A stretch of 64,000 nucleotides of DNA. It comes from the human T2T-CHM13v2.0 reference genome, Homo sapiens. Location of the stretch: NCBI RefSeq assembly GCF_009914755.1, contig NC_060947.1; one strand, 5' to 3'. Both the position numbers and the translations under genes were made by a program. The notes below the pieces were generated by a model, which saw only the letters and a list, made by a program, of their open reading frames with translations, searched no databases and was not told where the DNA came from. Shown piece by piece: positions 27,476 to 41,214 of this stretch; positions within the stretch are counted from its first letter, which is position 1, and the number at the start of each line of letters is the position of its first letter.

Positions 27476-27879
27476 GTTAAATTTCTGTACCTTTTTAATG
27501 TATCTAATTGTCATAAAAGCTAAGGATAGTAGCTAAGGATAGTAATTAAGGAACTGTTCCAGTTAGTTTAGTACCAGGCAATGAGGTTTCAGATACTTAA
27601 TCTGTTAAAAAAGACTATACAAAAAGGTATGGAGAGTGTTTTTAATTTGGCATTTATCGCACAAAATGTGTGTCAACATCAGTTACCTTATACAAGAAAG
27701 TGACTAGTAAGAACATAGCTTTTTTTCATGAACTTCCTGAAATAGTTTCAATAACAATTCATCTACTAGTTAGTTATGCACTTCCATAAGGCAGGTCAAA
27801 AAGACAGTTAATTTTCCATTAAAATCCATTTAATTTTACTTTTCCTAATTTAAAAACTATTCCATTAAAATCCATTTAC

Positions 27880-27973
27880 CTTTTATCTCGGTGTCTGAAG
27901 ATGAAGTACAGCCAAATGTTGTGCTTATCAGAAAGGTATATAAGCATCCGATAGCCAAGCAAACGAAAGCCAT
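27880..27973 (-). CDS. IL13RA2: IL13RA2 exon 2 coding part (signal peptide); whole exon 27880-28006
   Basis: ATG in strong context GAGAAATGG; encodes MAFVCLAIGCLYTFLISTTFGCTSSSDTEIK; donor AAG|GTAAAT. Confidence 0.96.
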
Positions 27974-28256
27974 TTCTCCGAGATTTAAAACCTTGATATT
28001 GCCTCTCTATGAAGGAAAAATATAACATTTTAACTTTATCTTACATCAAATAATCAAACTAAACGTGATTAAAAATACTTTGGAAAGCTCTCTGTGTGCT
28101 TCTCTACCAAGAACTGGGAAAACTGTGTCCACCTCAGACCATGGAAACAGAAATAATCAAGTTAGGAACCAATATAATTGGAAAGAAAGGATTCTAGTCT
28201 CATCCTGCTTACAAGAATAAAAACAAAGCTAAGCAAAAACCCTTGTAGCTCCTCAC

Positions 28257-28348
28257 CTCCCCGCCGACAGGCACACTTCTGACCAGGTTATGGCGACTTC
28301 AAATAGCCTTCATCCGGAAGACCGTTAGACTCACGAGAGTGTTCTTAC
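28257..28348 (-). other. IL13RA2: IL13RA2 exon 1 (5' UTR; TSS approximate)
   Basis: Donor GGAG|GTGAGG at 28256. The sequence GTAAGAACACTCTCGTGAG...GGCGGGGAG matches the recalled mRNA leader and joins the exon 2 acceptor at 28006. Confidence 0.8.
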
Positions 28349-28377
28349 TGGTTCACAATGGAGTTATGATATCATCC

Positions 28378-28407
28378 ATCTCCATAGCAACCGTCTCCCC
28401 TAGCAAC
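28378..28407. promoter_or_regulatory. Tandem RFX X-box-like motifs in the proximal promoter
   Basis: ATCTCCATAGCAAC (28378-28391) and GTCTCCCCTAGCAAC (28393-28407), about 30-60 bp upstream of exon 1. Motif match only. Confidence 0.55.
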
Positions 28408-28487
28408 ACATAAAACACAGTCAAATACTCTTTTCTGAGGGGAAAAAAAGAAAAAAGAAAAAGAAAAAAGTATTTGAAAGTTATTTC

Positions 28488-28832
<345 letters not shown>

Positions 28833-28925
28833 CTAAACCGAAGCCTCAGAGAGTTCAAAACTTTGCTCTGTTTCCTCATAAATATTTCTTTTTTTAGTTT
28901 AAAAAAAGTGTTTATTTAGCTCTTT

Positions 28926-28938
28926 CGCCCCCTGCTGG
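28926..28938 (-). promoter_or_regulatory. CTCF core motif
   Basis: Minus strand reads CCAGCAGGGGGCG, matching the consensus CCASYAGRKGGCR, as an isolated GC patch in T-rich sequence. Confidence 0.65.
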
Positions 28939-31314
28939 ACGATTGACTTTCTTCTTTGCTCCTTTTTTCTTTTAATTACTTCTTTTAATTAAAATTTTTT
29001 ATTTCCATCTACTCTCATTATTGTTCCACTTTTTCCTGTGTTTCCTTTATTAGTAAATGGCATCGCCATCCTTCCAGTTGCCCAAACCAGAAACCTGGGA
29101 GTCTTCCTCAACTCCTCTCCCATCTAATCTCTCCATTACCACTACCACTTCCTAAATGGAGGATCTTAGCAGGGATCTCCTTATTCAGTCTTTCCTGCCT
29201 CTGATCCATTTTCCACACCATATACAGCAAGAGTGACCTTTCTAAAGGGCAAATCTGAACTTTTCATCTCTTTCTTAAACTAAAACAGCATTTCATTGCC
29301 ATAGAATACAATTTAGTCATCTTTCTGTTCTTGGATATTGGTTCTTGACGGATATGATCAAAATTTAAAGGATTCATGCCTTCAAATAGCTACTCAATTA
29401 AAAATACTTTGCTTTTCAGGAAAAACTACTACTCCCAATTCCATACACTTCTCTTCGAATCTATATTCTGGAACCAACAATTTCACATAAAGTAAAGGAT
29501 TAAAAGTCACTCAAAAGAAAAGAAGGGACTGCCCTTCTTTTCTTGTGCATAGATTAATTCAATAGGACAGACCCTCTCTTCCACCCCACCCTCTTCCCCC
29601 TACCTGATCCATCTGTAATATTGTAACTTTGGTAAGCCTCAATGGCTACTTTATAGAATCTTAGGATCAAATTTTTAGAACCAGTATGTATATTACAGAC
29701 AAGGCTAGTCAAATTCTCTTTTATAAATTGGGCAGTAAAACTCAGACTTGCCCCACCCAAGATTACACAGCAAATTAGTAACAAAGCTGGAAGTAGAACA
29801 GAGATCTCATGATGCCCAGTCCTGTGCACTTCCACCCCATTCTGCTGGGTCCCACAGGCATGACTCAGGATTATGAACGCTTTTCCTCTGGAACCCCAGT
29901 GTTTAAATCTTCCTTTAATTAGCAAACCAAGCTGAATCAACACCATGTTATTTTAAAAATTCTGCGCCTCATAAAATCAGGAGAGAATGTCATTTCTCTC
30001 ACTGAGGCCCAACAAATCTCTCTTTCTCCCCAATTCCTCTCTCTTTACTTGCCAGCCAATGGCTGCCCACTAATGCATCTGTAAGTACTAGGTAGATTTG
30101 GCTAACAGAAGGTTATGGATCTTCCACAGAGCTACCCTCAGAGATTAAGATGAACACACTGGTTACTACTGGGATCAGGGCAATAGGTCTGACAAAGAGA
30201 AAACCTTCCATATTACCTTTAAGGACTAAGGGCAATCAGGCTGCCCTTACAATGCTCTCAGAGAGATTCTAACAAAATTCTCTCTCCCCTATCGATCTGT
30301 CCTTTAAGATTTCGTAGCATTATGTCATGTACAGCATAAATGCTAAGTAAAGAGTTTAAAATCATTTGCTTCTATTCCATTTATAGGCTATGAAATCTGA
30401 CTCAGGCTATCAAATAGCATTTCATGGATCAGACTGATCAATATACCCAAGCAAAGGTGGAAAATGGGATAACTAGCTTCTAGCATCACTTATGGATAAA
30501 CCCACAAAAGGAGTTGCTGAATTACACCTAGGGCCCAACCAAGACTTTCTTACCCAAATGAACACAAAGACAATTCTCTCCTTTGCTTCTGGGTTACAGG
30601 ATTGTCACTAGTGCAATGAGGGGCTTTATACACTATGTGGTTACCAGGAACACCGGAGTTTTTCACAAGGACCAGGGGGACCTGAAGACAAAGGGAAGAT
30701 TAGAAAAGCAAATGCAGACATATTAGATTTGAAAAAGTTGTTTTTCTATATTTCAGACCCCCAGACCACAGTTCATAACCACTCATCTGGTCTTAGCTCC
30801 TCATTTTTAAAAATAAGGAAATAACAGCCAGAGAGGAAGGTAAGTAAGCCAAGTGTACACAACTTATTGGTGGCAGAGCTGGGATTGAAAACCATATCTC
30901 CTGAACCCTTTCCACTAACTAGCAAATAAATGTTCTTATCATAATGAATCTATCCTGCACCTATTTTACTAGAAGCCTCTTCCTAACTCCCAACCTTCCT
31001 CTACCTACTGTCACCACCCAAACCATCCAGCCCACCACACAGTTTTATCATTATGACATTTCTGACAGAGTAATAATTCAATAAATATTTATTGAGCATC
31101 TTTGGAAGTTTTTTGCCAGATACTATCCCAGCTAAATCTTGCAGAAGACACAAAGTGAAAGTGGCAACAGTCATAGTATCTGTCATAGTAATAGTACCTT
31201 CTAGTATTTATTCAACATCTCAGGCACTGCCCTGTGCTATGCAATTTATATGCATTATCTCATATAATCCTCACAATCAGACTTGGACATATATACTATT
31301 TTTAGTTCTATGTT

Positions 31315-31700
31315 ATTTGTTTAAATTTTCTTTTTAACTTTAATTTTTAATTGATACATAATGATTGTACATATTTGTGGGGTACAGTGTAATGTTTTGA
31401 TACATGGATAACGTTGTGTAATGATCAAATCACGGTAATTAGCATATACATCACCTCAAACATTTATCAGTTCTTTGTGGTAAAAACATTCAAATTCCTT
31501 TCTTCTAGCTTTTGAAAAATACAATTCATTATTGTTAGCTATACTCACCTTACTGTGCAATAGAAATCAGAATGTATTCCTCTTATCTAACTGTAACATT
31601 GTACCCATTCACCAACCTTTCCCCATCCCGGCTCCCTTATTCCCTCCCCAGCCTCTGGTAACTTCTATTCTACTCTCTACTCTATGAGATTAACTTTTTA
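31315..31700 (-). mobile_element. L1MA-type 3' end inserted in a MIR
   Basis: ttttaattgatacataatgattgtacatatttgtggggtac...ctactctctactctatgaga; MIR halves flank it. Confidence 0.8.
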
Positions 31701-33525
31701 AAGACCAGAAACTATGACATACAGAAGTCAAATGGCTTCCCTCAAGTCACACACCATAAATGGTGAAACTTGGATTTAAATCTAGACAATCTAGTACCAG
31801 AGCCCTTGATGGTAATCACTACACTAGGTATTTTCCATGCCTAAGATCAATGTGGAGGGGAGCTTTCTATTTCTACCCACTCAGTTTTACACAACACTTT
31901 TGAGATAGTTTCTCACTGAGAATCTCCTTTGGAATGGCAAACCTAAAGTGATTGCCTCTTCTCGGCCTCGCTTCTCCACCGCTTCAAAGTCATGCAACAT
32001 AATACTCTCACTTTAACAGCTGGCTGCAATCTTTGCATTATTGGAGAAATTCCAGGTACTTACCAATCATATGGTTTCTCAAGAAATAGATTAACGTAAG
32101 CAGTTATCACAGGTCCTCTTTTGTTCTCCTCTCTACTTTAGAGACATTAATTAGAATCTCTAATACTTTCCTGCCTAATAATCAAGCACGTAGAAAATAT
32201 TAGTTAGGTATTCCTGAAACAGTCACAGGGCCAGGACACAGATTCTACAAGCCACAAGATGGGGAAGTTATGGGTGAGGCCAAAAGCCATCTAAAGCAAA
32301 TTTGGAATTATACCAAGGTGCTGTAAAAGCTGGCAGGACCAACTATTCTTTGGATAAAGTAACAGATACATAGCCGAGGAGCTTTTTATAATAAAAGACA
32401 CAACGGTGTAAGTATCAATCTGGATTTCACTCCTGCCTCAACCACTGTGATAAGAGGTAAATTATATCTCAATTTGTATCTATAAAATGGAGGTAATGAT
32501 ACAAGCCTGGCAGGGGTGTCTTGAAGATTAAATAAGATAATGTATGTGAAAGTGCTAGAAGAATAGTAAATTGCTCTATATACTTGAGAGGGGTTTGCTT
32601 CTGAGGACACTGCCACTAAGCAACACTTGAAAATAACTTACCACATCCTACACATTTGCCTTTATTAATTCAGCAAAATAAACTTGTTCATAGTAGATAA
32701 TTAGACACTTATTATTAATTTCCAATTTCTACCACCCTTGTTGATCCAATATGCTGCCTTTACTGATCTTTGCCATAATAACAGTAATTTCTTTCGTTTG
32801 TTTAGCTTTTTGTAGTTTGTAAAGAATTTGTTTATTTTTTAACAGGTCTGTAAGTGTATAAGGTTTGTACTGCATGTTTACAAACAGTAAAACTGGGGCT
32901 TAGAGAAGTGATATGACTAGCACAGTGCCCCACAGCTGATACAATCTATACAGAAAGGATAGGAAAAAGAAGGAAGAGACAGAAAAACATTGCTAGGCTA
33001 ATAATACATAACATGGTCTTTTAGAAATGTTCTTTCTCTATGTTGACAAAGGAAAAAAAGATTCTTCTACAGTATCCAAAATGACCATATGTTTTTTGTT
33101 TTATTTTATTGTAAAGGCAGTGACCAATTTGCAAAGACAATTATTTATTAGAAAATGATAAATGGAATTTTTGCAATGTCACTAAAATGATTTCTTTAAA
33201 AAAAACACATAAAAACTATAGGCATGTTATTTCTGTTGCCTTTGCATAAAAAAAATCAATTATAAAATTTGATACTTTCTATTCACATTGTTTAAGCTAT
33301 CTAAAAATACTGGCCAAAGCTTTTAGAATGGGGCTTGAGGAGAAAGAAAATTGAAAAATCGAGAAATAGAAACTGAGGAGAGAAAAATGGAAATGTAGTG
33401 TGATTGCAGACTTAAATGTCATTTGCAAATGAAATGATAAATTGATATAGTCTTACATGAGAAGGCATTGACTAGGAGATTTGGGCTCTCTCACCAGCTT
33501 TGCCAGGTGACCTCGGAAAACAATG

Positions 33526-33564
<39 letters not shown>
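33526..33564 (+). repeat. (AAT)n microsatellite, about 12-13 units
   Basis: Direct reading. Confidence 0.95.
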
Positions 33565-34524
33565 GAGGTTATAGTTTATTTTACCTTTACTAGGTGTCAA
33601 GCTCCGTGCCAGATGCTTAAATGGATTAGCTCACTTAAGCCTTACAAACTTTGCTGACTACTATTATTATTATTCCAATATTACAAATGAGGCATTTGGG
33701 GCTCAGGTTTCTCAAGGTTATACAATTTAAGCAATAAAAGATGCCAATATCTGATTCTAAAGGTCATACTCCTTTTAAAATATAATACTCTCTTTCAAGT
33801 AATCTCACTCTGTGAAAGGCAATTTTCTCTCACACAAGTTATCCCTAGGCTATAATTCTCTATTTCAATGGTTAATCTGCCATGTATCCATCCGTGGTTT
33901 CAGGATGTGACTCAAGAGCACTGGCTTCCTGGATAGCTAATCTTATTTCAGGAAGGCCATCCAACATGTATAAATGCCTGTTCATAGCTTCTGGAGTATA
34001 GTCATGACTCAGCACCATAAACAGAATCTCTGGAACCTGCCAGGTTTTGAGGCCTGATAACACACTGAGATTAATACATGGCTCAATGATAGTACAATCA
34101 GCCTATGACCTGGTGGTGAATCAAATCTAATTTCGGTAATAACTAGTAAATAACATGTCCTGCAGTGGAGTAGCTTATAAAGAATGCTGAAGATGACTTT
34201 GTACTATGAAACACAAAAGGGCTTTGAATCACACAGATGCATCATGTTTGCCAGTAGTAAAGTTGTGTCAGTCATGTCCTATACATATACACAAGGAACT
34301 TAGGAAGATGCTGAATTATGAAAATCATTGTATGGAATTGAAATACATGTAGGACTTATTTTTAACAAATATCACTTTAACATCTAGCTCTATATATCAT
34401 GATTATATTTGCATCCCTGATAAGATTACATACTAACATTATTTGATATTTATAAAATATGTTCAATAAATCTACAGTTCTTGTAAAACCATGGGTAGTT
34501 ATTCTAGGCCATAATTATTTTCAT

Positions 34525-34653
34525 ATTTATTTTGTAGAGACAGGGGTCTCATTATATTGCCCAGGCTGGTCTCAAACTCCTGGGCTCAAGTCATCTTCCT
34601 GTCTCGGCCTACCAAAGTGCTGGGATTACAGGCCTGAGCCATAGCGCCAGGCC
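34525..34653 (-). mobile_element. Alu left monomer/FLAM
   Basis: tttgtagagacaggggtctc...gggattacaggcctgagcc. Confidence 0.85.
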
Positions 34654-35399
34654 CCATAATGTTTTTTTAGATGCTTTTCCTGTATGACATCTTGAGTTCA
34701 TGTGGCTAACAAGTTTCCTGCAACACTGTCAAAGCTAGACAATTCAGTTTGGAGCTACCATAGCAACATCTAGGTTTACAGTGTTAATTCATGAAGCAGT
34801 TTACAAATTTCAGAATTTGTCCCCGAACTGAGATCACAGGTTTATTAGTTTATAATTCTATCCAACAAACCACCAACATGCTTTTTGAAAACAACCCACT
34901 AAAATTTTTTTTTGCAACCCTTTAAATAAAATCCCCCAGGTCATCAATTAGTAAATATTTCTTGAACAGGTCAAATAGTTCTTACTAAATATACCTTACA
35001 TTCTACTCCAATGAAGTCATAACTGAAGAGTAATGCACTGCCTTGAAAGGCACTACTGCTCTGGAACTAGCGAAACAATCTCTTTTGTTCAACACTGTTC
35101 TCTGTACTCCCAGATGCTCCCAAATACTTGTTTGCAAACAGGCAGGGAATACCCAAAACATTCATGTCATGTGACCCCTTTAAAAGTAAATAATAGGATA
35201 TACTCTACCCACTCAATACTCAGTAAAAATAGAATACAAAATGTACAATAGCAATTTTTATATTCCTTCCAGGTAATCTACCAGTATGTTATTTATAGAC
35301 TGTAAACACATGGAAATGTGGTATTATATTATATACAGGACTATTAGTTATAGAAAAGAATGTTATAAACAATTAAATATTAATATTTACATTACATAT

Positions 35400-37400
35400 T
35401 AACTATTCAATTATTTCAGGAAGTCTACTACATGCTAGGCACTGTTATAGGTACTGGGGATACAGCAGTGAACAAGACAAAGTAGCTACCCTCATTTCTG
35501 GTGTGGGAGACAGACAATAAACATCAGATAACCACAAGATGTATAAAGAAAAATAAAGCAGGATAACATGAAAGAATAATGGGAGGTTCATTTTAGGTAA
35601 GGGTAGTCAGGGAATGCCTCTCTGAGAAAGTAGCATCAAGGACTTCAGTGATGTAGGGAATAAACCAGGTAAAGATACAGGGAAAGAATGTTTCAGGTAG
35701 AAGGAATAGCACATTCACTGAAATAGTAGTTTCAGGAATAGGAAGACCAGCAGGATAGGGAACAGAAAAAGTTAGATGATCTCACAAATATAGGAGAGGG
35801 TAGGCCATGGTGATGAATTTGCTATTTATTTTTAGTAAAATGGGAAGCAACGGGACAGTTGTGAGCAGTGACTTTGATATGGACAGGAGACAGGGAAATA
35901 CTGGGTAGAAGAGGGCATTTCCCAGACAAAGGCCCCACCCTCAAGCCTGGAAACCCATGGCCCTAAATGGGAATAGGCATTCCTGTTTTCACGTCCAAAA
36001 TGTTGCCTTTTTGCCCACCATGCCCCCTTATCCTGTACACGTATAAACCCCAAACCCTAGCCTCCATGAGGGGACAAACAGAAGCTTGGAAGAATGGCAG
36101 AAAGGCACAGCAGAGAGAAGAGAAGGAGCGTCTGAATGCCGAGAGGAGTTCGGCTGGAGACAATCAAAGAGGAGTTCAGCTGCTGAATGGCCAAATGCCA
36201 GGGGAAGATGATCCTCTCACTCCACCCCCCTTCCAATTCCACATCCATCCCACAGAGAGACACCTCCACCACTCAATAAGACCCCCGCATTCATCCTTCA
36301 AGTTCGTGTGTGACCTGATTTTTCCTGGATGCTAGACAAGAGCTCAAGATACAGAAAGCTGTCACACTGGCCCTCTGCCCTTGCAAAAAGGCAAGTCCAC
36401 TGAACTGTTCAACACTTAAGCCATCCACAGATGACAAGGCTAAAAGAGTGCACTGTAACACATGCCCACTTGGGCTTCAAGAGTCACAGACACCCACCCC
36501 AAGATACTGCCATGGGTCCAGAGCCCAAAGCACTCATCCTGGCTCTTGCACCTGCCCCTCTGCATGCTCCCCCTCCCACATCCCCCTGTTGCCAGAGAGC
36601 CATATCCTCCTGTCGCAGGTTCTGCGAAGGGGCCAGGGAACTCTCCCACCTCAACATGATGTAGATTACATTTTAAAGGGCTATTGTATGCAATGGAAAG
36701 GTAGAAGCAATGACCCGGCCTAGAGATGATGGTGACTTGGACCAAGTTGATAGCCGTGCTGATAGAATTTACTGGTGGATTGAGTGTGGAGTATCAGAAG
36801 ATGATGGCTTTATTTTGGCATGGCCATCTGGATAATTGTTTATGGGGCCTAGGGATGATGGTCAAGAGTTCAATTTTGGATGGTTAAGTTTGAGCTGACT
36901 AACTAATATCCAAGGGGAGATGAGTAGGCAGTTGGATATTCAACTCTGGAGATAGGGGGAAAGACCAGAGCTGTAAATATAAATTTGGGAATCATCAGGA
37001 TATAGACAGCATTTAGAGCCATGTGATTGATTGACGTCACCTAAGGTAGAGTGTACATGAGACAAAGAAAAGAGGGCCAGTGACTGAGACCTTCGATATA
37101 TAAAAGGCTAAATAGATTTTGAGGGGCTACCAACAAAGGAGACAAAAGAGAGGCCACAGAAGTGAAAGGAAAATCAAGTGGGGAAAATGTTTCAAGGATA
37201 AAGTGATAGACAATGTCAAAAGCTGCTGATAGGTGGAGTAAAATGAGGCCTGAGAATGGGCTAATGGTTTAAGCAAGGTGGAAATCACTGGTAATATTGC
37301 TAAGGGAATTCAGTCAGTGGCATGTTGGGGGAAAAACCCAGATTAAAATGAGTTCAAGAAAGAATGGAAGGGTAAATTTGGACACAGTGAGTGTGGATAA
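35400..37400 (-). mobile_element. L2 remnant interrupted by an LTR
   Basis: ctactacatgctaggcactgtt...gatacagcagtgaacaagac; gagttcaattttggatggttaagtttgag. Confidence 0.75.
35875..36653 (+). mobile_element. MER50-group solo LTR (ERV1)
   Basis: tgatatggacaggagacagggaaatactgggtagaagagggc...gggaactctcccacctca; TG..CA ends. Confidence 0.8.
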
Positions 37401-37402
37401 CT

Positions 37403-38198
37403 ATTAGGGATAGGAAAAAAACAATGTTTGTTCTATTCTCATGCAGGCAATACAACAAATTCTTCATCTCTGGTCACCAAAACGTATGGAGATTTCTCCT
37501 TCACCAACAACCAATCACTTCTCCACTAATTCAAGACAATTCTAAGGCTATCTACGAGGAGATAGTGTCAGATCCCTCAAGTTAAGAGTTTAGTCCCTCA
37601 AGACTGCCCCCATTTCAGATGCCAATAGCAAGCCCTGGGTTTTGACTTGTGTTTCTGACTTCTGGGTATGATTAATTTGCTAGGATAGCTCACAACTCAG
37701 GGAAACACTTTACTTACTTTTACCCATTTATTGTAAATGGTATTACAAAGGATACAAATGAACAGCCAGATGGAAGAGATGCATTAGCAAAACATGAGAG
37801 AGAGGGCACAGAGCTTCCATGCCTTCTCCAGGTATCTCCACATGTTTAGCTCTCCAGAAGCTCCCCAAACCCAGTCCTTCTGGGTTTTTATGGAGACTTC
37901 ATTATTTAGGTATAATTGATTACATCATTGGTCATCGGTGATCAACTCAACATTCAGCCCCTCTCCCTTCCCTGGATGAGGGTGGTGAGGAGATTGAAGG
38001 TGAGGAGATCATGTGGTTGGTTCCCCTGGCAACCAGCCCCCATCCTGAAACTAACCAGGAGCCCCCAGCCAACAGTAATCTCACTAACATACAAAAAGAC
38101 ATTTACCACTTAAAAGATTCCAGGAGTTTTAGGAGCTATGTGCCTGGAAACTAGCCAAAAACCAAATCTACATATATCTTATAAATCACAAAAACACA
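37403..38198 (-). mobile_element. MER21-type LTR with adjacent polypurine tract and internal sequence to the right
   Basis: aagactgcccccatttcagatgccaatagcaagccc; ends ataaatcacaaaaacaca then gtccacctcccctttt (PPT on the minus strand). Confidence 0.75.
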
Positions 38199-38294
38199 GT
38201 CCACCTCCCCTTTTACAAACACAGATTCTTTACATCAAAATGATCATATAAATCAAAAGATACTGGCACACTCAGTCCCATTCAGTCATTAATA

Positions 38295-38893
38295 CAGTCA
38301 TGCACTGCATAATGATGTTTTGGTCAACAAGGAACAACATATACAACAATGGTCCCCTAAGATTATAGGTGAGCTGAAAAATTCTTATCATCTAGTGACA
38401 TTGCAGCCATCATAATGTCCTAGTGCAATTACTTTATTTTTTATAAATGCAATGTAGCCTAACTGGACAGTGTTTCTAAAGTCCACAGAAGTATACAGTA
38501 ATGTCCTAGGCCTTCACATTCACTCACCTCTCACTCACTGACTCACCCACAGCAACTTCCAGTCCTGCAACTTCCATTCATGTCAAGTGCCCAATACAGG
38601 GATCCATTTTTTTAATCTTTTATACCATAATTTTTACTGTATTTTTTCTATTTTTAGATATAGATACACAAATACTTAGCATTGTGTTATAATTACCTAA
38701 AGTATTCAGTACAGTCATATGCTGTACAGGTTTATAGCCTAGGAGCAATAGGCTATACCATATAGTCTAGGTGTGTAGTAGGCTACACCATGTAGGTTTG
38801 TGTAAGTACGCTCTAGGGTGTTCGCACAATGATGAAATGGCCTAATGACACATTTGTCAGAAATTATCCCCGTCGTTAAATGACACATGACTC
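38295..38893. mobile_element. Tigger3 (Golem)-type DNA transposon
   Basis: TIRs cagtcatg.../...catgactc flanked by TA; internal ttatagcctaggagcaataggctataccatatag. Confidence 0.85.
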
Positions 38894-39288
38894 TAATTAG
38901 TCCAGTCCATTATCATGTCTATGAAAATGTCTCCCAGGTTGGGGCCACTCAGGTTTGCAGGCTTCCAAACCTCACAATAACTCCTTTGAGAGGTTTGAAA
39001 TGAAGGAACATAAGGAGCTATAGCTGGGAGGAAATCTCTTTTCTTCCCTCTTTAAAACATGGATGGGGAACATCACACATGAAGGCTTAATCCTGCCCTT
39101 CCTTAGATTCTTGTCACACCTATTTAGCAATGATGCTGTTCTTATTTTATGGATACAGGTCAGAGTACTTATCAAAAGGTACCATACTAAGGCAGAGCAT
39201 TTTTTCTGAGGCATTTAGAAACTACCAAAGTTTAGTTTCACCAATGATTACATTAACAAATACTTTCCATCTGCTAAAATAGTTTTGC

Positions 39289-39632
<344 letters not shown>

Positions 39633-39851
39633 TTAAAACCTGCCCTTTCTCCAGACTATAGAACATTTCTACTTTCTGTGTGCAATCTGAGGTTTCATTT
39701 GTTTTCTTCTAAATTTGCTTTCTGCAGCAAAACTCATCAGAAACAAAAAAACCTTACTGTTATATATTTTTGTAAGGCAGTTTAAAATTGTGGTTGTTAG
39801 TCTTTGGCTTATATGATTCAGACCAAAGATCTGAATCAAAGGAATGGCAGA

Positions 39852-40284
<433 letters not shown>

Positions 40285-41214
40285 TTAGTAAGTGCATATC
40301 TCTAGGCAAAATTCTGTTTATTCTGGCTTAGCTAAGCAGGCTATTTGGAATGCAGAACATGGAGGGCAGCTAGTTCATCATTTCAGGCTCTTGCCATCTG
40401 CTTCTTCCTCATGCCCTCCTCTCTCCTGGCCCTCTCCTCTTTTTTTCTTCTTTCTACTTTTCTTTTTTTCTTTTTTCCCTCTTTTCCTCTCTCCTACTGA
40501 TGTTCCTCTTTTCCATTAGTTGAAATTAATATATTTTTGCATCACTGGCTGTCCTTATTTTTAAAATCCTGGGGCATCCTCTCTTCACAGTACATTTTTC
40601 ATTAGTTTTTTGGCTTCAGAATAATATTTTCCATTATGTCACTTGTAGATTAAACTTGCAACTTTGTAAGCTTACTTTTTAAAAGTGCTTATGACTTTAA
40701 AAAAAAGTCACTGTTCAGTTGCCTGTAGGCAGAGCTTTATTGTTTTGCAGCAGACTGATTGCCCTTCATAGAAATGAATTTCCAGCTTTAAGACGACTGG
40801 TTCCTTACACTCGTTGGCTTAAAGACTAAATCCACCTCATAATCCTAAGTGGTAGGTTTACTTACTTCTCCCACTTTCTCATTGTTTTGATAACTGCTTT
40901 TGAGCCTAGGCTAGACAATGTTTTTTAAGGTTCCTTAGAGTCTCTATTTTTATAACCTGTGCTTAATTTATACCTTTGCTTGCTATATTGGTGCTGACAT
41001 GGCCACAGGCATCCATCCAGATCTTTATTTCACAGGCATTTCCTGAGATCCATTTTGTACTCAACGCCGCAGATATGAAAACAAGCAAGACACAGTGTTT
41101 CCTGCCCTCAAGTCTATTGACAGGGCAGACCAAAAAAATTAAAAATAGTCATAAAGTGTGGGCTTTCTCTCAGACTACTGGTCGAAATGTGAATTGATGC
41201 AATCCTTTTTGGAG

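Noticed and set aside
28309-28319. TTCATCCGGAA as a STAT6 site
   Set aside because: The spacer is N5, whereas STAT6 prefers TTC-N4-GAA and other STATs N3.
29554-29946. 130-aa minus-strand ORF upstream of IL13RA2 as an extra coding exon
   Set aside because: No homology I recognise, and the IL13RA2 CDS is already complete from the exon 2 ATG.
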